Shown: positions 20,444 through 30,593, counted from the first letter of the stretch. The stretch is DNA of 64,000 nt from a bacterium (GCA_965261085.1 OZ253442.1:192001-256000); one strand, 5' to 3'. A program made the numbers and translations. Notes: generated by a model not told the origin, from the letters alone.

Positions 20444-20739
20444 ATGAAGCGCAGCACCGAGAGAATCTCACGACCCACACGGAGAGACTGCCGCTTCCGC
20501 AGTAAGTGGTCGATTTATTGCCGGCCCAGGAGGAAGACGGTGCTGATTCCGGCGATCTCGATGCCGCCGCGGCGCGCGCGATAGAAGACGTCGTGGAAAA
20601 ACAGTTGGAGGCGGGAGTCGACGTCATTTACGACGGCGAGCAGGCCCGGCCCGATTACACCACCCACGTCAAGGACAGGCTGACGGGATACGAGGGGCGA
20701 ACCGGTTCGTGGTCGAACTCGCGAATGACGACAATCTGA
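20444..20739 (+). pseudogene. Cobalamin-independent methionine synthase II family relic
   Basis: MKRSTERI / frameshift / TTHT.RLP.. / stop at 20503 / ..VVEKQLEAGVDVIYDGEQAR..Y..HVKDRLTG, then truncated. Confidence 0.75.
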
Positions 20740-20863
20740 ACGGGATGGCGATGATACCAGGGGAGGTGGTTGTTTAGATAGACAGCCAATCTTTCCTCGG
20801 TTAGAGACGATTCGCCCCTAAAAAAACCTGAGGTGTATCCTCGGTATTATTTCCCATTGACAT

Positions 20864-20956
20864 CTATATCCCCGTAATCCGTCTCGCCATATCCGTGAAG
20901 CGCCGAACTTCCTCGGGCTTAAGAGGGCGTCCATGGAGGCTGCTCTTCATCTTCAT
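20864..20956 (-). pseudogene. Possible C-terminal scrap of a Type ISP restriction-modification enzyme
   Basis: ..LHGRPLKPEEVRRFTDMARRITGI* resembles the LGRPL..EEV..F.D.ARRI end of Type ISP proteins; very short. Confidence 0.35.
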
Positions 20957-21381
20957 TCTCGTATATCATTTCTATCTCAGGTTCCGGAATTTCTCACATG
21001 AACCCATGAGGCGCGCCCCGCCGGAGGTGGTTCCTGAGTAAACGTTGTGGGGCACAAGAACGTAACCGTAAGCAAGGTGTTCGAATCAGACTTTGGAAGA
21101 TGGCTGCGCAATCGTCCGGCACGGACTCGCCGGGATGCGGCGGAGGGGCTAATTTTCCCGCATTTGCCGTCATCGGACTCAAGGCGCGCGCGTGTATGAT
21201 TGCGAAGCGCATCGCCGCGTTCGAGAATAAGGAATTTCTGAAAATATCGATAAATTCACGGGGTTTTTCGATAAATTGACGGGGTTTTTCTGGAATTAAC
21301 GAGGTGTTTTCCGAGAGATTCCCGGCCCGATTAAGGCCAGTAATGCGGAGCATCATACGCCAGCCCGGAGGAATCAAGAAG

Positions 21382-22053
21382 ATGCAAATGCGAGGAAATG
21401 CGGCGCGCGCGCTTTTCCCGGAAATCCCACAAGTCGTTGATTTATATGCGAAAGAAACGGAAGGACTCCCCGAGGGGACATTGCGGAGAACGAGAAAGGA
21501 GAAAAGTTGGGGCCTGTGGTCCATCCAGGATCAGGTGAGCCACGTGGCGTCTTTGCCCTACCGGTGGCTGCTCATTCGCTGGGGAGCTATCCTCTTCGGC
21601 GATGATCTTCCGCGCGATAAGAAGTTGTTCGAACGCTTCGATGGGCGAATGATGAAAGAGGATGATTCCCCGCAAATTCAAGACCTTATCGACGTCATGC
21701 GGGATTCGTTCGCCCTCGTCTGGGAGGTGCTGGGAGCGGAGACGACCGAATCCATCTGGGATGAGAGAAAGATTTCCGAGCGTGTGCCGCACGGCATGAT
21801 ACGGCCCGGAACCGGCGAGAATGTCCGCCAATGGCGCGAAAACATCACCCTCAAAGCCCATCGCACAGGCGTGTGGATTGACCCGGAGGATACGGAACTA
21901 TTTCATTTCAACCTGGAATACACGTTTCGCCACATGCTCTGGGAGGCGTATGCACACTTGAAAACCATCCAGATGCACAAAAAAGAGGAAGACTTGGAAC
22001 CGCTCGTCAGCATTCCGCAAGAGGGTTACATCTGTGTGCTGAAATGGGAATAA
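21382..22053 (+). CDS. DinB/YfiT-like protein
   Basis: WSI.DQVSH and RHMLWEAYAHL match the DinB His pattern; GGAGG RBS upstream. Confidence 0.65.
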   Translation: MQMRGNAARALFPEIPQVVDLYAKETEGLPEGTLRRTRKEKSWGLWSIQDQVSHVASLPYRWLLIRWGAILFGDDLPRDKKLFERFDGRMMKEDDSPQIQDLIDVMRDSFALVWEVLGAETTESIWDERKISERVPHGMIRPGTGENVRQWRENITLKAHRTGVWIDPEDTELFHFNLEYTFRHMLWEAYAHLKTIQMHKKEEDLEPLVSIPQEGYICVLKWE

Positions 22054-22120
22054 TACCCATATAAACAATCATTTCTCAGAATAGAATCATTCCCGTCCAA
22101 ACCCTGGAGGACAACCAAAC

Positions 22121-22684
22121 ATGGTGGAAAGCACAAACTATCCCTGGCATGAGAGCACCGTGCCCGGCGAGAGACCAATTGATAAACCTGAACTTCCAAA
22201 AGACGGTTATGAGATCACCATGCTCGCAGAAACCGAGACGATGGACGATGGACAACTCAAAATCGGACGCTTCCGGCATTTTGAGGTCTTTAGCGATGAG
22301 CCCTCTCGCATCGGAGGAGAGGACAGGTATCCGCAGCCTCTCACATACATCGCCATGGGAGTCGGCTTCTGACTGTTGACCCAGCTTGGGCGGTACGCCC
22401 ATATGACGAAAACCACCTTCGAGAAAGCCACCTGCCGCGTTGAATTCGATTATTTTCTACAAGGTTCCGTCCTGAGAGGCGATGTGAATTCAGGGTGCCG
22501 AAGGGTGCGTACGCATTTCAAGGTGGAATCGAGCGAAGCGGAAGAGAATATCCTGAACATCATCCGATTGGCGAAGCAAGGCTGCTATGCCGAGCAAATG
22601 GTTCAGACGGCGGTTCCACTCACGAGCACTGTCGAACTAAACGGAAAAAACCTTGAATTAGAAGGAATCACGAATACGGATTGA
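22121..22684 (+). CDS. OsmC-like peroxiredoxin, probable selenoprotein (TGA 22370-22372 = Sec)
   Basis: Two in-frame ORFs join across one TGA: SDEPSRIGGEDRYPQPLTYIAMGVGF-U-LLTQ...AKQGCYAE. The TGA occupies the OsmC/Ohr catalytic Cys position and is followed by a hairpin. Confidence 0.8.
22375..22407 (+). promoter_or_regulatory. Putative bacterial SECIS element
   Basis: TGGGCG-GTA-CGCCCA hairpin (22387-22401) with a G-starting apical loop about 20 nt after the TGA; lower stem GTTG/TGAC. Confidence 0.65.
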
Positions 22685-22711
22685 CTCGGACTAAATTTCT
22701 TGCAGACTTTC

Positions 22712-22787
<76 letters not shown>

Positions 22788-22980
22788 AGTATGTGGAGCA
22801 ATCGACAGACAACCAAGGGTTGTTCCTTATCGGCCCATTTTCCGTAAAAGGCAAGTGTTTCCATGCCTTTATCAGGAAGACGGGATTCTAAGACGCTCCA
22901 CCCCGGGCGTCAACATTGAAACGCCTTGTGCTCCATATATCTGGCTTGATGTTGCTGAACCTCCCACTTATGGTAAGAGG

Positions 22981-23994
22981 ATGACGAATAAATCTTCATT
23001 TCCCGTAGGTAAACTTCCGCCGGACGTGCTGGACGCTTTACTCAAAAACGCGAATCCTCACCCGCGCCTCATCGTTGGTCCACAGATTGGAGAAGACGCG
23101 GCCGTTATCGACATGGGAGATCGTTATCTCGTCGTAAAATCAGATCCCATCACGTTTGTGGAACATCATATCGGACGCTACGCCGTTCATGTGAACGCAA
23201 ACGATATCGTTTGTATGGGAGCTACCCCTCTGTGGTTCCTGATGACTCTCCTTCTGCCGGAAGGACGCGCTGATGAGGCGATGATAAAACGTATTTGGGA
23301 AGAAGTGGGAGATACCTGTACTGAATTGGGCATTACCTTATGCGGCGGGCATACTGAGATTACATCGGGATTGGAATTTCCGATTCTTTCGGGCCACATG
23401 CTGGGTGAAGTATCCAAGGAGAATTTGATACGAGGCGCGGACGCTTGTACGGATGACTTGATTCTGCTTACGCGCCCTATACCTGTTGAAGGAACTGCAA
23501 TCCTGGCGGATGCAAAATACGATTTTCTGAAAAGCATCATGGATATCGAGATACTGAAGAATGCAAAAAGATACCTGGTTTCTCCCGGCATCAGTATAGT
23601 GTCGCAAGCTCTGGCAGCAGCCGGAACAGGCTGCGTGCACGCGATGCACGACCCAACCGAGGGCGGTCTCGCCACAGGAATTCACGAAATGGCGGAAGCT
23701 GCAGGCTTGGGGGCAATCGTGGAGGAGAGTCAAATCCCCATCTCTTTTGAGGGCGGAAAGATTTGCGAAGCATTGGGACTCGACCCCTTGGGCGTCATTA
23801 CATCAGGAGCGCTTTTACTGGCGGTTCCAGCCGAAGGAGAAGAAATCGTGCGGGAAACGCTCATAGCGACGGGCGCGATGGGTGTTCGTATCGGCAAATT
23901 ATGCCCGCCTGAATCTGGTGTGATGATTCAACGCGGCGGAAAAACCTCTCCGCTTCAACGATTTGATTCCGATGAAATTTCAAAAGTGCTGTGA
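22981..23994 (+). CDS. AIR synthase-related (PurM/HypE/ThiL superfamily) protein
   Basis: GKLPP, GEDAAV, SDPIT, NANDI, GGHTE and MHDPTEGG motifs; start at MTNKSS. Confidence 0.88.
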   Translation: MTNKSSFPVGKLPPDVLDALLKNANPHPRLIVGPQIGEDAAVIDMGDRYLVVKSDPITFVEHHIGRYAVHVNANDIVCMGATPLWFLMTLLLPEGRADEAMIKRIWEEVGDTCTELGITLCGGHTEITSGLEFPILSGHMLGEVSKENLIRGADACTDDLILLTRPIPVEGTAILADAKYDFLKSIMDIEILKNAKRYLVSPGISIVSQALAAAGTGCVHAMHDPTEGGLATGIHEMAEAAGLGAIVEESQIPISFEGGKICEALGLDPLGVITSGALLLAVPAEGEEIVRETLIATGAMGVRIGKLCPPESGVMIQRGGKTSPLQRFDSDEISKVL

Positions 23995-24004
23995 GGAAGC
24001 AAAT

Positions 24005-24589
24005 ATGAAACGAGCCATGGAGGGTGTGTTGCTTGATTTTGACGGCACACTCACGAAACCCGCCTTTGACTGGCCCACGATGAAAGAGGAGATGGGATTG
24101 GTCGATGGGGACATTTCTATTCTGGATCACCTCCCCACACTCTCTCCCGAACGCGCGCATGAAATTTCGAATATCCTTGAAATACATGAACTTAAAGCCG
24201 CCGACATGGCCGAAGCCAACGACGGCGCGCACGAGTTGGTTGCGTATCTGCGAACGAAAAGAATCCCCTTCGGCATCGTAACGAACAACGCGGAGCGGCA
24301 TGTTCTTAAAATGGCGGAAAAAATAAATATCTCGTTCGAAGTTTTGATCACCCGGGATATAGGCTATTGGAAGCCGGACCCGAGGCCCCTGCTCGCAGGA
24401 GCCGAGGCAATCGGCGTATCACCGGGGAAATGCATCGTCATCGGGGACGGCAAATACGACATGATGGCCGCCAAGACGGCCGGAATGTTGTCGGTTCATC
24501 TGTCGGAATATTCCTTTATTCCTAGCGATTTGACCCTTCCATCCCTGCTGGAAGCGCCGGCCCTGCTCGAACAACTCCTTGATAAATAA
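24005..24589 (+). CDS. HAD-family hydrolase
   Basis: LLDFDGTL, VTNN, KPDP and IGDGKYDM motifs. Confidence 0.92.
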   Translation: MKRAMEGVLLDFDGTLTKPAFDWPTMKEEMGLVDGDISILDHLPTLSPERAHEISNILEIHELKAADMAEANDGAHELVAYLRTKRIPFGIVTNNAERHVLKMAEKINISFEVLITRDIGYWKPDPRPLLAGAEAIGVSPGKCIVIGDGKYDMMAAKTAGMLSVHLSEYSFIPSDLTLPSLLEAPALLEQLLDK

Positions 24590-24762
24590 AGACTAGGGGC
24601 ACGCCCCTAAGGACATGCCCCATTTTGGAAGGAATTCGCTCAAAAACAGCGAATCATTCGGTGAGATGTCAGTGAATCAGCATCGGGGGACCCTTCAACT
24701 GATCACCGGGGAGAAAAGGCTCCTCTATTAAAGGCGCCCATTGAGGGCAGATGGTTCACACC
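24590..24762 (-). ncRNA. Candidate sigma54-dependent small RNA (~170 nt)
   Basis: No credible ORF between a -24/-12 promoter and the terminator. Confidence 0.4.
24596..24622 (-). terminator. Terminator hairpin (best paired on the minus strand)
   Basis: Minus strand GGGGCATGTCC..GGGCGTGCCCC forms G-U pairs that would be A-C mismatches on plus; a U-rich run follows. Confidence 0.6.
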
Positions 24763-24771
24763 CCTATATAA

Positions 24772-24787
24772 TGCACGAATCATGCCA
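24772..24787 (-). promoter_or_regulatory. sigma54 (-24/-12) promoter
   Basis: Minus strand TGGCATGATTCGTGCA = GG-N10-GC, close to TGGCAC-N5-TTGCW. Confidence 0.65.
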
Positions 24788-25364
24788 TATAAGGTCTATT
24801 TCCACCGAACAATCAGCGAGTCCTGTAACTAAAGACATATCAGCAGGATATAAGACCTCCTCGGCGTGAAAAACCCAGGAAAACGCTTATGGCTTCCGGA
24901 GAATGGCCTCACACCTTGACTATTTTTCGGCAATTGGCGGCTTTGGTCTGACATAATGTCAATCTTGAAATCCGGATGAGCGCTACGAGGCCTTAAATAA
25001 TGAAAACAACACAAAAAGCCCCCGCAAATCCGCGCATTTGCCGTCATCGCGGCAGGCGCGGGCCATGGCAGAATTCCCTTGCGCTGCGAAGCGGCTGCGT
25101 CTTTTCCCAAGAAAAAAATCTTCATTTATTTATCGAAAGACACGTTCATGATTTCGTCCCATGGACAATCGTACTACCAGATACCCTGAAACATGATAAC
25201 ATGCTGTATTCAAAGCGGTAATTATCATAATTTCTTTTTCGCCTCCCCTTGCATTTACGTCAGACTTACGCTTTAATGGACGCACGTTTGATGCCGGACG
25301 TATGCGATTTGATTACGTATTGTCCATATCTTCCGGCCTGTGACACGATTTTCAGGGAGCGCCC

Positions 25365-26546
25365 ATGCCGAGAAGAAGCGAACGCAAGCTTACCAAACGC
25401 GTCGTCGACGCGCTATCTGTCGAGAAGAACGACGCCGCCTTCTGGGACCGGGACCTGGCCGGCTTCGGGGTGCGTGTCTACGCCACGGGCCGGAAGGTTT
25501 ACGTGGCGCAGTCCCGGGGACCGTGGGGGCCGAAGCGAGTGACGCTGGGCAAACACGGTGAGTTGTCGTGCGACGAGGCGAGGAAACAAGCCGCTCTCGT
25601 CATCGACCGCATCAAGCGTGGCGAGGAGCCCGAGCCCAAGCCGCCCGAGGCGGAACTCACGGTGGCCAGCCTTGCCGAGCGCTTCATGCGCGACCACGTC
25701 GAGACGCACTGCAAGCCCGACACCGCTGCGTCGTACCGCTCCTTGCTCGGAAACCACATCATTCCGGCGCTCGGCGCGATGGGGATCACCGAAGTCGGCC
25801 GGGCGGAGGTCGCCGCACTCCATCACGGCCTCCGCGCGACGCCCGCCGTGGCTAACGCGGTCTTGGGGCTACTCTCTAAAATGTTCAAGATGGCCGAGGC
25901 GTGGGACCTGCTTCCGGCCGGGAGCAACCCCTGCCGGGCGGTGCGCCGCTTCCGGACGCGTAAGCGGGAGCGGTTCCTGACGCAAGAGGAGTTCCGCCGC
26001 CTGGGCCGCGCGCTCCGTGACCTGGAGGCGGAGGGGAAGGCGTGGACGCCTGCGGTGTCGGCGATCAGGCTCCTGGCCCTGACAGGGTGCAGGCGGAGCG
26101 AGATACTGGACCTTCACTGGGACGACGTGGACCGCACGGCGGGGGAGTTCAGGCTCAGGGACGCCAAGGCGGGCCCGCGCATGGTTCCCCTGACAGCGCC
26201 CGCTCGGAAGGTGCTGGACGGGATTCCCCGCTCGCCGGACAACCCCTGGGTGATCCCCTCAAGGTACGGGAAGAACCGCCTGGGGAACCTCTCCTACTAC
26301 TGGGGGGCCGTGAGGGAGCGGGCGGGGCTCGACGACGTTCGAATCCATGACCTGAGACATAGCTATGCATCGCGGGCGCTGGCGCTGGGCGAGAGTCTCT
26401 CCGCGATCGGCAGGCTGCTCGGCCACCGTCACGTGGTGAGCACGGCGCGCTACGCGCACCTGATGCGAGACGCCGAGAAGGCGGCGGCGAACCGTGTGGG
26501 GGAGAGCATCGGCGTCCACGTCGTGAACGGGAGGATGGAGCGATGA
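25365..26546 (+). CDS. Tyrosine integrase with Arm DNA-binding (DUF4102-type) domain, copy 1
   Basis: WD..LAGFGVRV..TG.K.Y N-domain; catalytic TGCRRSE, K, HDLRH, LGH and RY. Confidence 0.95.
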   Translation: MPRRSERKLTKRVVDALSVEKNDAAFWDRDLAGFGVRVYATGRKVYVAQSRGPWGPKRVTLGKHGELSCDEARKQAALVIDRIKRGEEPEPKPPEAELTVASLAERFMRDHVETHCKPDTAASYRSLLGNHIIPALGAMGITEVGRAEVAALHHGLRATPAVANAVLGLLSKMFKMAEAWDLLPAGSNPCRAVRRFRTRKRERFLTQEEFRRLGRALRDLEAEGKAWTPAVSAIRLLALTGCRRSEILDLHWDDVDRTAGEFRLRDAKAGPRMVPLTAPARKVLDGIPRSPDNPWVIPSRYGKNRLGNLSYYWGAVRERAGLDDVRIHDLRHSYASRALALGESLSAIGRLLGHRHVVSTARYAHLMRDAEKAAANRVGESIGVHVVNGRMER

Positions 26547-27715
26547 CGAAGCCAATCATGAAAACGCTCTCGAACCGCGCGGTCGCGAAACTCACGGTCG
26601 AGAAGGACACCGTGTATTGGGATCGCGACCTCACCGGCTTCGGGGTGCGGGTATATCCCACTGGGGCCAAGGTGTACGTCGCCCAGGCGCGTGGTCCCGA
26701 GGGGCCGAAACGGGTGACGGTGGGCCGCCACGGCGTGATACATGCGGAGGAGGCCAGGAAGCGCGCGGCGCTCGTCATCGCACGAATCAAGGCGGGCGAG
26801 GAGGCTGTGCCCAAGCCGCTCAACCCCGCAGGCGGTCCCACGGTGGCCGAACTCGCGAAGCGCTATCTCGCCGAATACGTCTCCGTGCGCTGTAAGCCGC
26901 GCACCGTGAAGACGGTCCGCTCCGTGGTTTGTAAGCACATCGTGCCGGCGCTGGGAAAGCTGCCCCTCGCGTCGGTCGGGCGCAAACACGTGGTGGAACT
27001 CCACCAGCGGCTGCGCGCCACGCCCGCGGCCGCGAACCAGGCCGTCCGGGCGCTGTCCGCGATGTACAAACTGGCTGAGAGCTGGGAACTGGCGCCTGAC
27101 GGATTATCAAACCCCTGCCGCGCCATCTCCGAATACCCCGGCCGCAGGCGGGAGCGCTTCCTCACCGAGTCGGAATTCGTGCGCCTGGGACGCGCCCTGG
27201 ACGAGGTGGAGGCGAAGGGCGGCGCGTCGGTGAGCGCGGTGGCCGCCATCCGCCTCCTGATGCTGACCGGCTGCCGGAAGTCGGAGATCCTTGGCCTGAG
27301 ATGGGAGGAGGTGGCACCGGACGCGGCGGAACTGCAGCTCGCAGACTCCAAGACGGGCGCGCGGGTCGTTTCGCTCTCACAGCCCGCGGTCAAGCTTCTC
27401 GCCGCTCTCCCGCGCCTGCCCGGCAGCCCCTGGGTGATCCCCGGCAGGAAACCGGGCACGCACCTCAGGAAGCTCGATGACGCCTGGAATACCGTCCGCA
27501 CGCGCGCGGGGCTTCACGACGTGCGCCTCCATGACCTCCGTCATTCGTTCGCCTCGCGTGCCCTGGCGCTGGGCGAGGGACTCACCGTGATAGGCAAACT
27601 CCTGGGTCACGCGCGGATCGAAACCACCTCACGCTACGCGCATCTCGCGCGCGATTCGGTGCGTGAGTCCGCCGAGCGGGTGGCCGCGAGCATCGCCGAA
27701 GACATGCTGTATTGA
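26543..27715 (+). CDS. Tyrosine integrase, copy 2 (paralog, ATGA-coupled to copy 1)
   Basis: Same architecture: TGCRKSE, SKTG, HDLRH, LGH and RY. Confidence 0.95.
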   Translation: MTKPIMKTLSNRAVAKLTVEKDTVYWDRDLTGFGVRVYPTGAKVYVAQARGPEGPKRVTVGRHGVIHAEEARKRAALVIARIKAGEEAVPKPLNPAGGPTVAELAKRYLAEYVSVRCKPRTVKTVRSVVCKHIVPALGKLPLASVGRKHVVELHQRLRATPAAANQAVRALSAMYKLAESWELAPDGLSNPCRAISEYPGRRRERFLTESEFVRLGRALDEVEAKGGASVSAVAAIRLLMLTGCRKSEILGLRWEEVAPDAAELQLADSKTGARVVSLSQPAVKLLAALPRLPGSPWVIPGRKPGTHLRKLDDAWNTVRTRAGLHDVRLHDLRHSFASRALALGEGLTVIGKLLGHARIETTSRYAHLARDSVRESAERVAASIAEDMLY

Positions 27716-27754
27716 CTGCTGCGTACGGAAGAAACAACCGTGAATGCGGGTTTC

Positions 27755-30592
27755 CTATATTTCCATCAGGCGCTCGAAACGCGTCCTCTCCATCGCCGGC
27801 GGCCGCCCTTCACCCGAATGCAGCGCTTCGGTCTGCTTCTCCGTCCCGATGCTCCCGGCCTTGCCCGCTCCGAGCGCCTCCAGAGCCGCGATCCGCTCCC
27901 CCGTCGCGGCTTCCAACCGCTCGCACAGGGCCTTCGCGTCGTCCGTCACGAGTTCCGCCCGGTCCCGGGCGCGGCTGATCTCGACGTAGAGCGTCTTCTG
28001 GTTGGTGAGGTCGGGGTGGTTCGCCTCCATGGCGGCGATGACGGTATCGACCGTCCGGCCCTGGAAGGCGTGGACGGTCGAGGCCCATGCGCGGTCGACG
28101 TGGCGAAGCTGGGGATCGGCGGTCGTCATGTCGAGGACGCGCCCGTCCTCGATGCGGAAGGTGACGCGGCCGCCCCTGACGTCCGTCACCTCGGCGCCCT
28201 GGCTGTTCATGAGACCGAGGTCCGGATCGTTGCGGGTCCAGCGGACTTTGTCGCCCTGACGCAGTTCCATCCGCTCGACCTTGTAGACCTCGACACCTCC
28301 GCTTCTTGCCGCGAGACGGCCCGGCTCCCAGCGGACTTCCCGTCCATGCCTGCCTTCCAGGATGACTGCGCCGTTCGCGTGGTCCACTCCCGCCACGCGC
28401 AGTTCATCCCCTTTCTCGACGCCCAGGCGCTTGTAGGGGCGGTGGAAGGCGACGACGTCGCCGGGTGAATAGTTCGCGGCGAGCGATTTCTCGGGGTTGG
28501 TGTAGCCGCGCGAGACGAGTCGCTCCGTGAGGAAGGAGGGACCGCGTACGACGCCGTCCCTGATCAGCCGCTCGCGGACGATGGCGTTGATCTTCTCGCG
28601 AATCGCGTGGCTTGGCGCCATGAGTCCGGCATTTGCGCGCGCCTCGGGGGAGAGCGCTATCCAGCGCGCGGCGGCGGCGCCCGCGAGGTTGTCGGGCCTG
28701 ACCTCGGCCACGTTCGAGCCGAGTTTCTCGAAGGCGCGCCTGACGTCGCCCGTGAGAGTGGCCTCGACGGCCGCTTTCAAGTCCGGGTCGCGCTGGCGCA
28801 TGATCTCTTCCATCACCGCCGTCTTCATGCCTGCTTGTTGCAATTGCGCGAAGGGTTTGCCGGCGTCGACGGCGTCGAGCTGTTTCGCATCGCCCACGAG
28901 CACGACCCGCGGCAGGCGCAGGACCTCCGAGATACGGAGTAGTTCACGCACCTCGCGCGTCGAGGCGAGGGAGCCCTCATCCACCACGAGGACGGTCTTC
29001 CCGTAGCCCGCGCGCAACTGTTTTTGGGCTTTCCTCTTCAGGCGGCCCTGGGCGACATCTGCGTATCGCGTGAGGAAGCGCTGGAGCGTCTCGCTCCCGC
29101 TCCCGGCCTCGGCTTCCAAAGTCCGCGCGGCCGAGGCCGAAGGCGCCAGGCCCCGGACCTCGTAGCCGCGCTTCTCGAGAAGCGCGCGGGCGCGCCTCAG
29201 CATCCTGGTCTTGCCGGTGCCCGCGTATCCCTGCACGCCGACGACGCGGTCGGGGTCCGTGAGGATGAGTTTGACGGCCTCGCGCTGGCCATGGGTCAGC
29301 GGGCCGTTTCTGAGCGCCTTGTCCACGGCGCGGCCGCGCATGGCGGGCGCGCCCCGTCCCCTGCCGGCCTTAATCTGCGCGATGGTCTCGCGCTCTGCCG
29401 CCGCTGCCTTCTCCGTCGTGATCATATCCTTCGCTCCGGGCAAGTCCGCCGCGTGCAGGACGCCCGTTTTTTCGAGTCTCGCCACCTCGCGCTCGGCGCC
29501 CGCCATCGACACCGCGCCGGGCCGCCAGGCGAGCGCGCCCGCGAGCAGGTCCGCGCGGTCGAAGACGGCCTCGCGTTCCGCGAGATGCGCCACGGCCCAC
29601 TCCATGGCCTCGCGGGCGGGTTCGACGTCCGCCGCGCTCCGGCCGGAGTCGCGGGATAAGGCGCTCCTCGCCATCGCCCGGGCCTTGAGGGCAGCGGCGT
29701 CGAAGCCCACCTCCTTCGCCTGCTTCTCCCAGGCGGCCATGAGCGTCGCCTTGTCGGCCTCCCGTTTGCGATCCCTCGTCATGAGCGCGACCCGCTGGGC
29801 TGCGAGCTGGTTCTCCGCCGTGGCGCCAAGCCCCCGCTCGGACATCGCGGCCTCTATCTCCGCCCGCCGGGTCGAGAACGCCTCGATCACGTCTCTCGGG
29901 ACGCCCGCGACCTCGAAGCGCCCGTCGGCGTGGGTCTTCTCGACCCGGTAGCCGAACCATTCGAGCCCACGTGCGAGTTCGGTCCGGTAGAGGGCGCCGA
30001 TCAGCATCTTCTGCGCGTAGAGCTTCTCGTTGGACATCGTGCGCCACTTGCCGTCCGTCCCCCGGACCATGTTGGCGATAACCGCGTGCGTGTGGAGCAG
30101 GGGGTCGAGGTTGCGCGACGTATCGTGCCTAAAGGTCGCGATGACGCTCTTCTGGTCCCCCGCCCGGACCATGCGCCCGGTCTTAGGCTCGCTCATCCTG
30201 GTCTCGGCGACGTTTCGCTCGACCCAGTCGAGGGTGCGCGCGACGGCCACTTCGTGGGCCCTGATCGCGCGCGCGTCGCCGCCGAGAAGGGCCAGGAGGG
30301 AGACGGATTTCGGGGCCGATAGGGTGAGGTCACGGCCGGGACGGTGTTGGAACGCCCCGTCCTTCCCCGGGCGCCCGAGCCGGCGCCCCGAACCGTCGGG
30401 CACTACGCCCTCGAGGACCGCGCGGAGGATATCGGGGTCGACCGGACCCGACAGCCCCAGGTCCTCCGCGCCCCTGCCGCGCCAGGCGCTCGCCTCCCGG
30501 TGGTTCGGGTCGTCCTTCGCGTAGTAGTCGTCGCGCTCGAAGTAGGCGGCGCACTGCGCGGGAGCGGCGACGGCGCCGATAGATGCGACCAT
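27755..30592 (-). CDS. traI: MOBF (TrwC/TraI-type) relaxase-helicase
   Basis: YFERDDYY, DLTLSAPKSVS and HDTSRNLDPLLHTH (HUH); helicase QGYAGTGKT, DEGS and HAFQGRT. Confidence 0.95.
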   Translation of the reverse strand: MVASIGAVAAPAQCAAYFERDDYYAKDDPNHREASAWRGRGAEDLGLSGPVDPDILRAVLEGVVPDGSGRRLGRPGKDGAFQHRPGRDLTLSAPKSVSLLALLGGDARAIRAHEVAVARTLDWVERNVAETRMSEPKTGRMVRAGDQKSVIATFRHDTSRNLDPLLHTHAVIANMVRGTDGKWRTMSNEKLYAQKMLIGALYRTELARGLEWFGYRVEKTHADGRFEVAGVPRDVIEAFSTRRAEIEAAMSERGLGATAENQLAAQRVALMTRDRKREADKATLMAAWEKQAKEVGFDAAALKARAMARSALSRDSGRSAADVEPAREAMEWAVAHLAEREAVFDRADLLAGALAWRPGAVSMAGAEREVARLEKTGVLHAADLPGAKDMITTEKAAAAERETIAQIKAGRGRGAPAMRGRAVDKALRNGPLTHGQREAVKLILTDPDRVVGVQGYAGTGKTRMLRRARALLEKRGYEVRGLAPSASAARTLEAEAGSGSETLQRFLTRYADVAQGRLKRKAQKQLRAGYGKTVLVVDEGSLASTREVRELLRISEVLRLPRVVLVGDAKQLDAVDAGKPFAQLQQAGMKTAVMEEIMRQRDPDLKAAVEATLTGDVRRAFEKLGSNVAEVRPDNLAGAAAARWIALSPEARANAGLMAPSHAIREKINAIVRERLIRDGVVRGPSFLTERLVSRGYTNPEKSLAANYSPGDVVAFHRPYKRLGVEKGDELRVAGVDHANGAVILEGRHGREVRWEPGRLAARSGGVEVYKVERMELRQGDKVRWTRNDPDLGLMNSQGAEVTDVRGGRVTFRIEDGRVLDMTTADPQLRHVDRAWASTVHAFQGRTVDTVIAAMEANHPDLTNQKTLYVEISRARDRAELVTDDAKALCERLEAATGERIAALEALGAGKAGSIGTEKQTEALHSGEGRPPAMERTRFERLMEI

Positions 30593-30593
30593 A

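Noticed and set aside
22981-23994. Selenophosphate synthetase SelD next to the selenoprotein
   Set aside because: Same superfamily, but the N-terminal C/U-x-x-K motif is absent.
24945-24972. dif site (GTCTGACATAATGTCAATCTTGAAAT)
   Set aside because: Only the CATAA half resembles dif; the XerD arm TTATGTTAAAT is not matched.
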